Shown piece by piece: positions 26,184 to 38,366 of a DNA stretch of 64,000 bases; the first letter of the stretch is position 1; each line of letters opens with the position of its first letter. Source of the DNA: an uncultured Victivallales bacterium (GTDB taxonomy: Bacteria; Verrucomicrobiota; Lentisphaeria; Victivallales; UBA1829); the NCBI GenBank assembly GCA_944391115.1, contig CALXSJ010000004.1:101957-165956 (forward strand), written 5' to 3'. Position numbers and translations under genes: made by a program. The notes below the pieces were generated by a model. The model did no database searches, had not been told where the DNA came from, and saw only the letters and a list, made by a program, of their open reading frames with translations.

Positions 26184-26738
26184 GTGAGTTTTACAACACA
26201 TCCCAGTGTCGTCCGGAATCTAAAGGACGGGAGAAGCGAGGCGTGGAACCGCTTTTTTGAACTCTACGCGCCGCTGATCCGCCTGCATGGCAAAGACTGC
26301 GGCATTGACGACGATTCGCTGGACGATCTTGTCCAGAATGTGATGATGTCGGTCTTCCACAGCAGCGCACGCTTTGAATACGATCCGGCGAAAGGCCGTT
26401 TCCGGGATTATCTCCGCTTCATCATCCGGGCACGCGCCAACGACATGCTGCGCGCCAGATACCGCAGGGTGAATCCGCAGGAAATTCCCGCCGTCGAAGA
26501 ATGTCTGGATGAACTCTACTCCGCGGAATGGGAGGAACACGTCCGGACCGAAAGCCTGAAAAAACTCAAGGCGGACATTCTTGCGCGGCATTATCAGATT
26601 TTTCATATGCTTGACGTGCAGAACCGGAAAGTCAGGGATGTCGCGCGCTTCTTTCAGATGTCGGAAGCGTCCATCTATTCCATCCGGAACCGGACAGAGC
26701 TGAAACTGCGCCGGATCGCGGAACAAATGGACGTCTGA
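26184..26738 (+). CDS. ECF-type sigma-70 family sigma factor
   Basis: GTG start with GGAG 10 nt upstream. Region 2 (DDSLDDLVQNVMMSVF, FRDYLRFIIRARANDMLR) and region 4 HTH (RKVRDVARFFQMSEASIYSIRNRTELKLRR). Confidence 0.85.
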   Translation: MSFTTHPSVVRNLKDGRSEAWNRFFELYAPLIRLHGKDCGIDDDSLDDLVQNVMMSVFHSSARFEYDPAKGRFRDYLRFIIRARANDMLRARYRRVNPQEIPAVEECLDELYSAEWEEHVRTESLKKLKADILARHYQIFHMLDVQNRKVRDVARFFQMSEASIYSIRNRTELKLRRIAEQMDV

Positions 26739-26739
26739 C

Positions 26740-27567
26740 ATGCCGGACACCAGACCGAAAATCCCGAATTTCACTCTTGTGGAAGAGTGCGGGCGCGGCT
26801 CCATCGGCAGTGTCTGGCTCGCCGTCGATCCCGACGGAATCCTCCGCGCCATCCGCCTTGTGAATCTCTCCGATCCCGCAAACCGGGAAAGAATCGAAGC
26901 CGAGGCCCGCGCAATCACGCTCTACCGCAATGCGGCCGATCACCATCCGAATCTGCTCGACATTCTCTACGTCGGACGCACAGCCAGACATCTGTATTAT
27001 GTCACAGAACCCGCCGACAACGCGGCGCCATCCTCATGCACATACCGAGCGGACACCCTTGCGGACCGCCTGGAGAGACGCCCGTATTCCGCAGAGGAAA
27101 CACGCGGATATATCGAAGCTCTTCTCAATGGCGTCGAACACCTGCATAAAAATCGTCTGGCGCACCGAGATCTGAAACCGGAAAACATTCTTTTCATCCG
27201 CAATGAACTGAAAATCGCCGATCCGGGCCTTTCCGGCTCCATTGCGAAAATTTCCGAATCCGGAACCGAGGAATTCCGCCCGCCGGGGCGCACAAGCGGC
27301 GAACAGGCGGATTTTTATGCAATCGGCAAAATCATTTACTGCCTCTACACCCGCAGAAATGCGGACCGCTTCCCGGAAATCCCCGAGGAAATCGAGATCC
27401 GCTCCATCGCCGCCTGGAACGAAATCGCGCTGAAATGCTGCGGAGACGGCGCGTCGTCCTACCGCAGCATCGCGGACATCCGGGCGGACGTCCGGAAAGC
27501 CGGCAGTTCATGCCGCTGGAGAGAAATTCTGCGCCGCACCGGGCAATACGCGTTCCACGGACTTTGA
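26740..27567 (+). CDS. Stand-alone Hanks-type Ser/Thr kinase-like protein (atypical ATP-site residues)
   Basis: Gly-loop GRGSIGSV, catalytic loop HRDLKPENILF and subdomain IX DFYAIGKIIY are present. The VAIK position reads LRAIR and DFG reads DPG. Starts 1 nt after the sigma factor stop. No TM segment or extra domain. Confidence 0.85.
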   Translation: MPDTRPKIPNFTLVEECGRGSIGSVWLAVDPDGILRAIRLVNLSDPANRERIEAEARAITLYRNAADHHPNLLDILYVGRTARHLYYVTEPADNAAPSSCTYRADTLADRLERRPYSAEETRGYIEALLNGVEHLHKNRLAHRDLKPENILFIRNELKIADPGLSGSIAKISESGTEEFRPPGRTSGEQADFYAIGKIIYCLYTRRNADRFPEIPEEIEIRSIAAWNEIALKCCGDGASSYRSIADIRADVRKAGSSCRWREILRRTGQYAFHGL

Positions 27568-27581
27568 CGTTTGCCGACGGC

Positions 27582-28094
27582 TCAGTCCACCCGGGCGGCG
27601 CGGATGATTGTCACCGTTTCAACGGGAACATCGTCATGTCCGGCCTTGGAACAGGTGGAAAGCTTTTCAATTTTGTCGACCACATCCATCCCCTCCACGA
27701 CCTGTCCGAAAACACAGTAGCCGAATCCGCGTGGCGTGTTGTCCTGATGATCGAGGAAATCGTTGTCGACCGTATTGATGAAGAACTGGCAGGTTGCGCT
27801 GTCGATCACGCCGGTGCGCGCCATGGCGATCGTGCCGCGCTTGTTGGACCCGCCGTTCGCGGCCTCGTTCCGGATCGGCGGAAGCGTCGGCTTCGGAGAC
27901 ATGTCGGAAGTCAGGCCGCCGCCCTGGATCATGAAGCCGGGAATGACCCGGTGGAAAATCGTGTTGACGTAATGTCCGGACTTCACATAGGCGAGGAAAT
28001 TTTCCACCGTCACAGGCGTATCCTTTGCAAACAGTTCCAGCGTGATGGTTCCGAGGGTGGTTTCGATTTCGACTCTGGGGGCGTTCTCACTCAT
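27582..28094 (-). CDS. Cyclophilin-type peptidyl-prolyl cis-trans isomerase
   Basis: 170 aa. [14 protein letters not shown] and [12 protein letters not shown] motifs. No signal peptide. Confidence 0.9.
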   Translation of the reverse strand: MSENAPRVEIETTLGTITLELFAKDTPVTVENFLAYVKSGHYVNTIFHRVIPGFMIQGGGLTSDMSPKPTLPPIRNEAANGGSNKRGTIAMARTGVIDSATCQFFINTVDNDFLDHQDNTPRGFGYCVFGQVVEGMDVVDKIEKLSTCSKAGHDDVPVETVTIIRAARVD

Positions 28095-28113
28095 GTTTCA
28101 TTCCTTAAATTTT

Positions 28114-28974
28114 TCAGGGTTTCAGCAGGGCGAATGCGTATTGCTCCGCAAGGGCCCGCGCATGTTTCACGGCACGTTCGCGCGCCGCAAAACTCTCGTA
28201 AAAGACAAAAAGCGTCGGTCCGCTTCCGCTGACCATGACACGGCTTCCTTCCGCAATGAATTCCCGTTTCAGAATCGCCAGAAGCGGGAACTTGTCCAGC
28301 ACGGCATGCTCCAGATCGTTCCGCAGCAGCGATGCCGCATTTTGAAAATCCGATCTGCGCAGCGCATCCAGAAGCGGATCCATCGTGCGAAGATCCGCTT
28401 CCGCGGCAGTGCGGTCCAGATGGCGGTAGCTCCAGGCCGCGCTGACGGGAAAGAGCGGCGCGGCGATCAGAAGCGGCAATGCCGCCGGAATGCCGTCCAC
28501 AGCATCCAGACGCTCTCCCACGCCCCGCCCGACCGCAGGAACAGAGCGGAGGAAAAAGGGAACGTCCGCACCGATTTTCACTGCGATGTCCGCAAGTTTG
28601 TCCGCATCCAGCGCGCGGAAGCGGCGCTGCATCAGGCGCAGCACGGCAGCCGCATCGGAACTGCCTCCCCCCATGCCCGCGGCCGTCGGAATGCGCTTGA
28701 CAATCGAAATTTCAACACCGGATGCAATTCCGGCACACTTCCGATAAAGATCGGCGGCCATCCAGCAGAGATTCGACTCATCGGCGGGAACCGCCGGATC
28801 GGAACAGCGGATATGAATCTCTCCGCCGTCCGGGAAGCGCATGGACACGGTGTCCGCAACAGTTTGAACGGGAAAAAAAAGCGTTTCAATCTCGTGATAA
28901 CCGTCCGGGCGCCTGTCTCCGACGCGCAGGAACAAATTGACCTTGCCGGGAGTATCCAACGTGAATGATTCCAT
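28114..28974 (-). CDS. ispE: 4-diphosphocytidyl-2-C-methyl-D-erythritol kinase
   Basis: N-terminus PGKVNLFLRVGDRRPDGYHEIETLF and GHMP-kinase motif PTAAGMGGGSSDAAA. Confidence 0.85.
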   Translation of the reverse strand: MESFTLDTPGKVNLFLRVGDRRPDGYHEIETLFFPVQTVADTVSMRFPDGGEIHIRCSDPAVPADESNLCWMAADLYRKCAGIASGVEISIVKRIPTAAGMGGGSSDAAAVLRLMQRRFRALDADKLADIAVKIGADVPFFLRSVPAVGRGVGERLDAVDGIPAALPLLIAAPLFPVSAAWSYRHLDRTAAEADLRTMDPLLDALRRSDFQNAASLLRNDLEHAVLDKFPLLAILKREFIAEGSRVMVSGSGPTLFVFYESFAARERAVKHARALAEQYAFALLKP

Positions 28975-29000
28975 ATGCCGTGCCGGTGTTTGCTGAAGGA

Positions 29001-30002
29001 TTATTTCCGGAAACGGTAAAGATCATATTTCCGGTTGTAGGCGTCGATCTCCTCCGAGATCGCGACCGCCAGTTCCAGCGCGCGCAGTCCCTGAGCGCCG
29101 GTCACGCGCGGCTGGACGATCATCGGCCCCTCCTTGGTTTTCCGGACCGCCTGCACGAAGTCGTTGATTTCGGCGGCAAGCGCATTTTTCTCGCAGAGAT
29201 TGACATGCTTGCTGGCGACGCCGAGAAAACTTTTCCGGATGATCTTCCCGGTGCTCTTGGCATAGTCCATGGAAATATAGGAATCCGTCTGGAAGACGCG
29301 GAACTTGCGCATGGGATCGGTGCTGACACGACTGGCCGTCACATTGGCAACGGTGCCGTTCCTGAACTTGATGCGGACGTTCGCAATGTCCTCGGTCTTG
29401 CTCATGACGGGCATCCCGACCGCGTCGAAGCGCTCCACGTCGCTGCCGACCATCGTGAGCACCAGATCGAGGTCATGGATCATCAGGTCCAGCACGACGC
29501 TGACCTCCGTCCCGCGCCTGTGCAGCCCCGGACGCGGCGGCGGATACTTCGCCAGGCGGTGCGCCTCGATGAACAATGTGTTGGAACGGTTTTTCTCCAG
29601 AAAGTCCATGGCGGCGTTGAAACGCTCGACATGGCCGACGCCGAACACGAGATTGCGCATTTCGGCGGCCTTGACCATGGCGCGCGCCTCCTCGACGGTC
29701 GCCGCAATCGGCTTTTCCATCAGGATGTGCTTCCCCATTTCAATCAGAGGCATCGCGGTTTCATAGTGAGCGGTTGCGGGAACGGCAACGGTCAGAGCGT
29801 CGCACTGTTCCGCCAGCGCGGTGACGGTGTCGAACGCGGGAACGCCGTACTCTTTTCCGACATCCGCCGCGGCCCCCGGGGAAACATCATAGACGCCGAC
29901 CAGTTCGGCGTCCGGATTGGCCTTGTAAAGTCTCGTGTGATGGTGTCCCAGAACGCCGACGCCGACCACGCCGACCTTGATCTTGTCTTTTTTTCCGAAC
30001 AT
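29001..30002 (-). CDS. Gfo/Idh/MocA-family NAD(P)-dependent oxidoreductase
   Basis: Rossmann N-terminus KVGVVGVGVLGHHH and the family-typical EKP motif (HILMEKPIA). Confidence 0.85.
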   Translation of the reverse strand: MFGKKDKIKVGVVGVGVLGHHHTRLYKANPDAELVGVYDVSPGAAADVGKEYGVPAFDTVTALAEQCDALTVAVPATAHYETAMPLIEMGKHILMEKPIAATVEEARAMVKAAEMRNLVFGVGHVERFNAAMDFLEKNRSNTLFIEAHRLAKYPPPRPGLHRRGTEVSVVLDLMIHDLDLVLTMVGSDVERFDAVGMPVMSKTEDIANVRIKFRNGTVANVTASRVSTDPMRKFRVFQTDSYISMDYAKSTGKIIRKSFLGVASKHVNLCEKNALAAEINDFVQAVRKTKEGPMIVQPRVTGAQGLRALELAVAISEEIDAYNRKYDLYRFRK

Positions 30003-30025
30003 GGCAGTCTCCGGAGCGGTGTGTT

Positions 30026-30637
30026 TCAGAGGGATTTCGCCAGCGCGACGGCTTTCCGGATGCCGTCCGCGTCCGCCTTGTTCAGCCAGGTTCCGCCCGC
30101 CGCGGCAACCTCCGGAACGGCAAGCCAGTCCCCGGCGTTGTCAATCGTGACGCCGCCGGTCGGCATGAACTTGATTCCGAGATGCTTGTAGGGGGCGGCA
30201 ATGGACTTGAGCATCTTGATTCCGCCCGCCGCCTCGGCCGGGAAGAACTTGAAGAAACGGCAGCCGAGCTCATAGGCCTGCTCGATCTCCGAAGGTGTGC
30301 AGATGCCGGGGGCGAACGCATAGCCGCATTTCAGCGCCTCCCTGACAACCGTCGGATTGAAGCCCGGCGCGACGGCGAATTTCGCGCCCGCGTCGAAGGC
30401 ACGGTGAAGATCCGCGGTATTGAGCACGGTTCCCGCGCCGAGGAACATCTCCGGGAAGCGTCTGGAGGCTTCCCGGATGACCGACTCCGCCGCTTTGGTG
30501 CGGAACGTGATTTCCGCGACGGGAAGACCGCATTCGCAGAGAAGTTCACAGCGTTTCAGTCCGCTTTCAAGATCTTCGAGAACCAGAACGGGGATGATTT
30601 TGTATTGCGCGAGAGTCTCGCCGATGGATGCCGTCAT
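30026..30637 (-). CDS. eda: KDPG / 4-hydroxy-2-oxoglutarate aldolase
   Basis: Start moved to ATG 30637 (MTASIGE), which has a GGAGGAG RBS. Motifs PVAEITFRT, GAGTVLN, and the Schiff-base Lys context FKFFPAEAAGG. Confidence 0.85.
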   Translation of the reverse strand: MTASIGETLAQYKIIPVLVLEDLESGLKRCELLCECGLPVAEITFRTKAAESVIREASRRFPEMFLGAGTVLNTADLHRAFDAGAKFAVAPGFNPTVVREALKCGYAFAPGICTPSEIEQAYELGCRFFKFFPAEAAGGIKMLKSIAAPYKHLGIKFMPTGGVTIDNAGDWLAVPEVAAAGGTWLNKADADGIRKAVALAKSL

Positions 30638-30789
30638 TTTCGCTCCTCCAGAATGTAATGTATTGTTGCAGTCTTCCAAAACACGACGGGGGAATATACC
30701 ATGATCTTTCCTGTTTTGCAAGTTGAAACGGTGCGCCTCCGCTCCGGGAAGCGCGGAAACACGCGCAATGCCGAAATGGCGCGGAAATA

Positions 30790-30806
30790 TGTGACATTTT
30801 GTCACG
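30790..30806. promoter_or_regulatory. Perfect inverted repeat GTGAC-ATTTT-GTCAC (possible activator/UAS site)
   Basis: tGTGACATTTTGTCACg is centred about 117 bp upstream of the candidate -24 element, within the eda/dnaK divergent region. Confidence 0.3.
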
Positions 30807-30914
30807 GTGAGACATAAAAAAGGCGCCCTCCCTCCCCTTTTCCCCACCCGGAGACCGCATCGAATATTCTGTTTTAACCTTATTATCATAATGTTGCAAA
30901 AAGATAAAAAAGAT

Positions 30915-30930
30915 TGGCATCAGGTTTGCT
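30915..30930 (+). promoter_or_regulatory. Candidate sigma-54 (-24/-12) promoter upstream of dnaK
   Basis: TGGCATcaggtTTGCT matches the TGGCAC-N5-TTGCW consensus with exact GG-to-GC spacing. The -12 GC lies 54 nt upstream of the dnaK ATG. Confidence 0.55.
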
Positions 30931-30982
30931 TAAAGGGAAAGCGTCAACAAAGAAAATAAAACACAAAGGAAAGGATGTCACT

Positions 30983-32896
<1,914 letters not shown>

Positions 32897-32917
32897 GCAA
32901 TAAGGTTCGAACCGTTT

Positions 32918-32955
32918 CCCCGGAGTCCCGACACTCCGGGGAAATGATTTTATTC
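32918..32955 (+). terminator. Hairpin after dnaK (terminator or attenuator)
   Basis: CCCCGGAGT / ACTCCGGGG stem with a 6-nt loop, followed by aaatgaTTTTATT. The T-tract is not immediately adjacent to the stem. Confidence 0.55.
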
Positions 32956-33008
32956 AGACAGGAAACCCTGTAAAAAACACATATTCCAAAAAAGGAGAAG
33001 ATCCAGCA

Positions 33009-33308
33009 ATGAGCAAGATCAGCATTCAGCCCCTCGGAGACAGAGTTCTCGTTGAGCAGAAACAGGAAGCCGAACAGATCAAAGGCGGAATCGTGATTCC
33101 GGATTCGGCCAAGGAGAAACCCCTGGAAGCCGTGGTGGTCGCGCTCGGAACGGGAAAACTCGACGACAAGGGCAACAAGATCCCCTTCGACGTGAAAGTC
33201 GGCGACGTCGTCCTCACCAGCAAATACGGCGGCACCGAAATCAAGTATGACGACAAGGAATACAAGATTCTCAGCGCCGGCGACATTCTCGCCGTCATCA
33301 GCAAGTAA
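33009..33308 (+). CDS. groES: Co-chaperonin GroES
   Basis: 99 aa. [12 protein letters not shown] and [13 protein letters not shown] are present. Confidence 0.95.
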   Translation: MSKISIQPLGDRVLVEQKQEAEQIKGGIVIPDSAKEKPLEAVVVALGTGKLDDKGNKIPFDVKVGDVVLTSKYGGTEIKYDDKEYKILSAGDILAVISK

Positions 33309-33338
33309 GTTCTGAAAATCCAGAAAAAATACAAATAA

Positions 33339-35000
<1,662 letters not shown>

Positions 35001-35050
35001 TTCATGCGGCATTCCCGCGCGGGCGGTTCTCCCGCCCGCATTGCCCGATA

Positions 35051-35089
35051 AAAACGGCGCAGGTCAAAACGATCTGCGCCGTTTTTTTA
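35051..35089 (+). terminator. Rho-independent terminator after groEL
   Basis: AAAACGGCGCAG / CTGCGCCGTTTT stem followed by a run of T. Confidence 0.8.
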
Positions 35090-35252
35090 TTTCCTTCTCC
35101 CGAAAGACGGCCGTTTCCGCAGAAAAAAAGGAAATCCGGCGGAAACGGGAACGGCGCATCAAAAAAATCGGAATTATTTTCTTTCAATAATTTGCAAAAT
35201 CACGCAAAAGGTGTCATATTTTATCAAACACAAAAAATGAAACGGAAAAACG

Positions 35253-36026
35253 ATGGTTCCGGAACGAAAGAGAAAACTGCTCTCCGCCGAACGTGAGACA
35301 CTGATCTGCAGAAGTCTCTCCCAGGGAGTCAAGACGATCTCCGAGCTCAGCGATGAGCTCCGGGTGTCGGAAGCGACCGTCCGGCGCGATCTGGAGACGC
35401 TGGAAGCCGGCGGCAAGCTGCGCCGGGTGCACGGCGGAGCGGAGCTCCTGCACGGACATCAGGAACCGGTCTACGAGGAAAAGGCGTCGCGGAATGCCGC
35501 GGAAAAAGCCTATATTGCGGAGAAAGCCGTTTCATTCATCAAGGATTCGGACACGATTTTCCTGGACGGCGGAAGCACCGTTCTGGAACTGGCGAAAAAA
35601 CTTGACCGTTTCCGCGACCTCACCGTGGTGACGAATTCGCTGATGGCGGCGTCGGCGCTGATGGAGCGCAGCTGCCGCCTGATTCTGGTCGGCGGGGAGT
35701 TCCGGAGCCTCAGCCGGACCCTGGTCGGACCGCTGACCGCCAAGATCCTCGACGGCATGAACATCTCCAAGGCGTTTCTCGGCACAATCGCCTTCAATCC
35801 CGAAAAAGGAATCAGCACGACCGATCCGAACGAGGCATACACCAAGGAGCTGGTCATGAAGCGGGCGGATCATGTTTATGTTCTGGCGGACAGCTCGAAA
35901 CTGACGCTTTCATCCTTCGTTTTCAGCGGAGCCATCCGGGACATCGACACGCTGATCTCCGATCCCGGCATCCCGCAGAACGTCATCAAGAAACTGAAAA
36001 CCCAAAATATAGAAGTGATATTCTAA
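35253..36026 (+). CDS. DeoR/GlpR-family transcriptional regulator
   Basis: N-terminal HTH (ISELSDELRVSEATVRRDLETLEAGGKLRRVHGGA) and a DeoR C-terminal sugar-phosphate sensor-like domain. Confidence 0.85.
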   Translation: MVPERKRKLLSAERETLICRSLSQGVKTISELSDELRVSEATVRRDLETLEAGGKLRRVHGGAELLHGHQEPVYEEKASRNAAEKAYIAEKAVSFIKDSDTIFLDGGSTVLELAKKLDRFRDLTVVTNSLMAASALMERSCRLILVGGEFRSLSRTLVGPLTAKILDGMNISKAFLGTIAFNPEKGISTTDPNEAYTKELVMKRADHVYVLADSSKLTLSSFVFSGAIRDIDTLISDPGIPQNVIKKLKTQNIEVIF

Positions 36027-36044
36027 CAACCCAAGGAGTAAAAA

Positions 36045-38348
36045 ATGGGCAACTACCTGAGCAATGCCGGCCCCGATTTCACGGCCGGGGAAGTCAAACT
36101 GAAATCCATTCCGGAGTATCAGTACAACAAGGACATGAAAAAGGAACTCAAGGCCGGCCGCATCAAGAAGGAAGACCTTGCCGAACTTTATGAATCCATG
36201 CTCGTCATCCGCGAGTTCGAGGAAATGATCCTCAAGCTCAAGAACGGCGCGTATGAAACCCTCAGCGATTATGAATACCGCGGCCCGACCCACCTCTCCA
36301 TAGGTCAGGAGGCGACAGCGGCGGGCGTCTGCTCCGCGCTGAACATCACCGATGAAATCACCTCCACGCACCGCGGGCACGGCGACTCCATCGCCAAGGG
36401 CTTCCACGCGATCAAGAGAATGACTGAAGCTCAGCTCAAGGCGCGCTGCCCCGAATTTTCCGCGCTCTCCGGCGACGCGCTGCTGGAAGCGGTTCTGGAG
36501 GATCATGTGTTCCGCACCATCGCCGAACTCTTCGGAAAAGAGGCCGGCTACGGCAAGGGACGCGGCGGCGGCATGCACATTGCGGACTTCCGCGTCGGAC
36601 ATCTCGGCGCCAATGCGATCGTCGGCGGCGGCATTCCGATCGCCACGGGCGCGGCCATGACCAACCGCATCGACATTGATCCCGCGCACAAGGGCAAGGT
36701 CGTCTGCGCGTTCGCCGGCGACGGCGCATATGCCAACGGCGTCGTGCTCGAGTCCTTCAACTGGGCCTGCCAGGGACAGTTCACCGATCCGGCCCTCTCC
36801 AGCATCAACTTCGGGCTCCCGATCATCTACTGCCTCATCAACAACCACTTCGGCATGACCGGAAGAGCCGACCGCGAAGTGACCGGCATCAGCCCGCTCG
36901 TCCGCCGCGCCGCCGGATTCTCCAACGAGAACATGCACGCGGAAGTCGTCAACGGCATGGATCCGCTCGCCGTCCGCGACGCGATTGAGCGCGCCAAGAA
37001 GACCATCGCCGAAGGCAAAGGCCCGGTGATGCTCGAATTCAACACCTACCGCTACTTCGGACACTCCCTCTCCGACCCGAGAACGGAATACCGCACCAAG
37101 GACGAGGAAGCGCTCTGGAAGGCAGTCGATCCGGTTCCCTGCTTCCGGCAGAAACTGATCGAAAACGGCGTCTTCACCGAGGAAGAGCTTGCGAAGATGG
37201 AAGCCAACGTCGTCGAGCGCAACAAGAAGGCGGCGCGCCGCGCGGCCGACTCCGACGATCCGAAGGCCGAAGACGTCATCAAATACATGTACACCGACAC
37301 GACCAGCGAAGTCGTTCCCGCTCCCTACAACCAGCTGATGAAGCGCGGCGAACGTCCGGTCATCAAGCGTGACGCAGAAAGCCGTATCACCTACAAGGAC
37401 GCGATCAAGGAAGGCATGATCGAGGAAATGGAACGCGACGCGCGCGTCGTGCTCTACGGCGAAGACGTCGCGGACTACGGCAACGCGTTCAAGCTGACCA
37501 AGGGCATGCTCGAATACTTCGGACGCGCCCGCGTGTTCAACACCCCGATCTCCGAGGCCGCGATCGTCGGAACCGGCGTCGGCATGGCGATGACGGGCTA
37601 CCGTCCGGTCGTCGAACTGATGTATATGGACTTCGCGCTGATGGCCTCCGACCAGATCTCCAACCAGGCCGCCAAGTGGCACTACATGACCGGCGCCTCT
37701 ACCAAGGTTCCGATGGTGATCCGCTGCTCCGTCGGCGGCGGCAAGGGATACGGCGGACAGCATTCGCAGTCTCTCGAGTCGATCTTCGCGCACATCCCGG
37801 GCACCTATGTCGTCTATCCGTCGAATCCGTATGACGCCAAGGGCCTCATCAAGACCGCGATCCGCGACGACAACCCGGTCGTCTTCGTCGAAGGCCAGCT
37901 CCTCTACAATATGAAGGGCGTGGTTCCGGCGGAAGACTACACGATCCCCTTCGGCGTGGCCAATGTCCTGCGCGAAGGTTCCGACATCACGTTCGTCGGC
38001 TGGGGTCCCGCGATCAACGACGCCGTCAAGGCGGCGGACGCGCTTGCCGAGGAAGGCGTCAGCGTCGAAGTGATCGACGCCCGCACGCTTGTCCCGTTCG
38101 ACTGGGAAACCGTATTTGCCTCCGTCCGCAAGACCGGCAAGTGCGTGGTCATGAGCCAGTGCGTCGACATCGGCAGCTTCACGGGTGAAATCGTCTCCAA
38201 AATTATGGAAGAGTGCTTCGACTCCCTCGATGCGCCGGTGCTCAAGATCGGCGCCAAGAACGGAATCGCCCCGCAGGCGCACTGCCTCGAGAAGGCGTTC
38301 CTCCCGAGCGTTGAGGAAATGGTCGCAGCAGCTAAGAAAATCCTTTGA
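36045..38348 (+). CDS. 2-oxoacid (pyruvate/acetoin-type) dehydrogenase E1 component, fused alpha+beta subunits
   Basis: 767 aa. The alpha part carries a TPP-binding region (HLSIGQEATAAG, STHRGHG, FAGDGAYANG). The beta part has VVLYGEDVADYGNAFKLTKG and NTPISEAAIVGTGVGMA. Confidence 0.9.
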   Translation: MGNYLSNAGPDFTAGEVKLKSIPEYQYNKDMKKELKAGRIKKEDLAELYESMLVIREFEEMILKLKNGAYETLSDYEYRGPTHLSIGQEATAAGVCSALNITDEITSTHRGHGDSIAKGFHAIKRMTEAQLKARCPEFSALSGDALLEAVLEDHVFRTIAELFGKEAGYGKGRGGGMHIADFRVGHLGANAIVGGGIPIATGAAMTNRIDIDPAHKGKVVCAFAGDGAYANGVVLESFNWACQGQFTDPALSSINFGLPIIYCLINNHFGMTGRADREVTGISPLVRRAAGFSNENMHAEVVNGMDPLAVRDAIERAKKTIAEGKGPVMLEFNTYRYFGHSLSDPRTEYRTKDEEALWKAVDPVPCFRQKLIENGVFTEEELAKMEANVVERNKKAARRAADSDDPKAEDVIKYMYTDTTSEVVPAPYNQLMKRGERPVIKRDAESRITYKDAIKEGMIEEMERDARVVLYGEDVADYGNAFKLTKGMLEYFGRARVFNTPISEAAIVGTGVGMAMTGYRPVVELMYMDFALMASDQISNQAAKWHYMTGASTKVPMVIRCSVGGGKGYGGQHSQSLESIFAHIPGTYVVYPSNPYDAKGLIKTAIRDDNPVVFVEGQLLYNMKGVVPAEDYTIPFGVANVLREGSDITFVGWGPAINDAVKAADALAEEGVSVEVIDARTLVPFDWETVFASVRKTGKCVVMSQCVDIGSFTGEIVSKIMEECFDSLDAPVLKIGAKNGIAPQAHCLEKAFLPSVEEMVAAAKKIL

Positions 38349-38366
38349 CAGAGAGTAGGTCGCTAA

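Noticed and set aside
30790-30806. Possible CRP/FNR-type site, TGTGA-N-TCAC
   Set aside because: The half-site spacing is 7 nt instead of the canonical 6. I keep it only as a generic palindrome and possible enhancer site, not as a CRP box.
32897-33008. Search for CIRCE (HrcA operator) or a sigma-32 promoter upstream of groES, and likewise upstream of dnaK
   Set aside because: No TTAGCACTC-N9-GAGTGCTAA-like inverted repeat and no convincing CTTGAAA...CCCCATNT pair could be found by eye. Nothing is reported as a feature.
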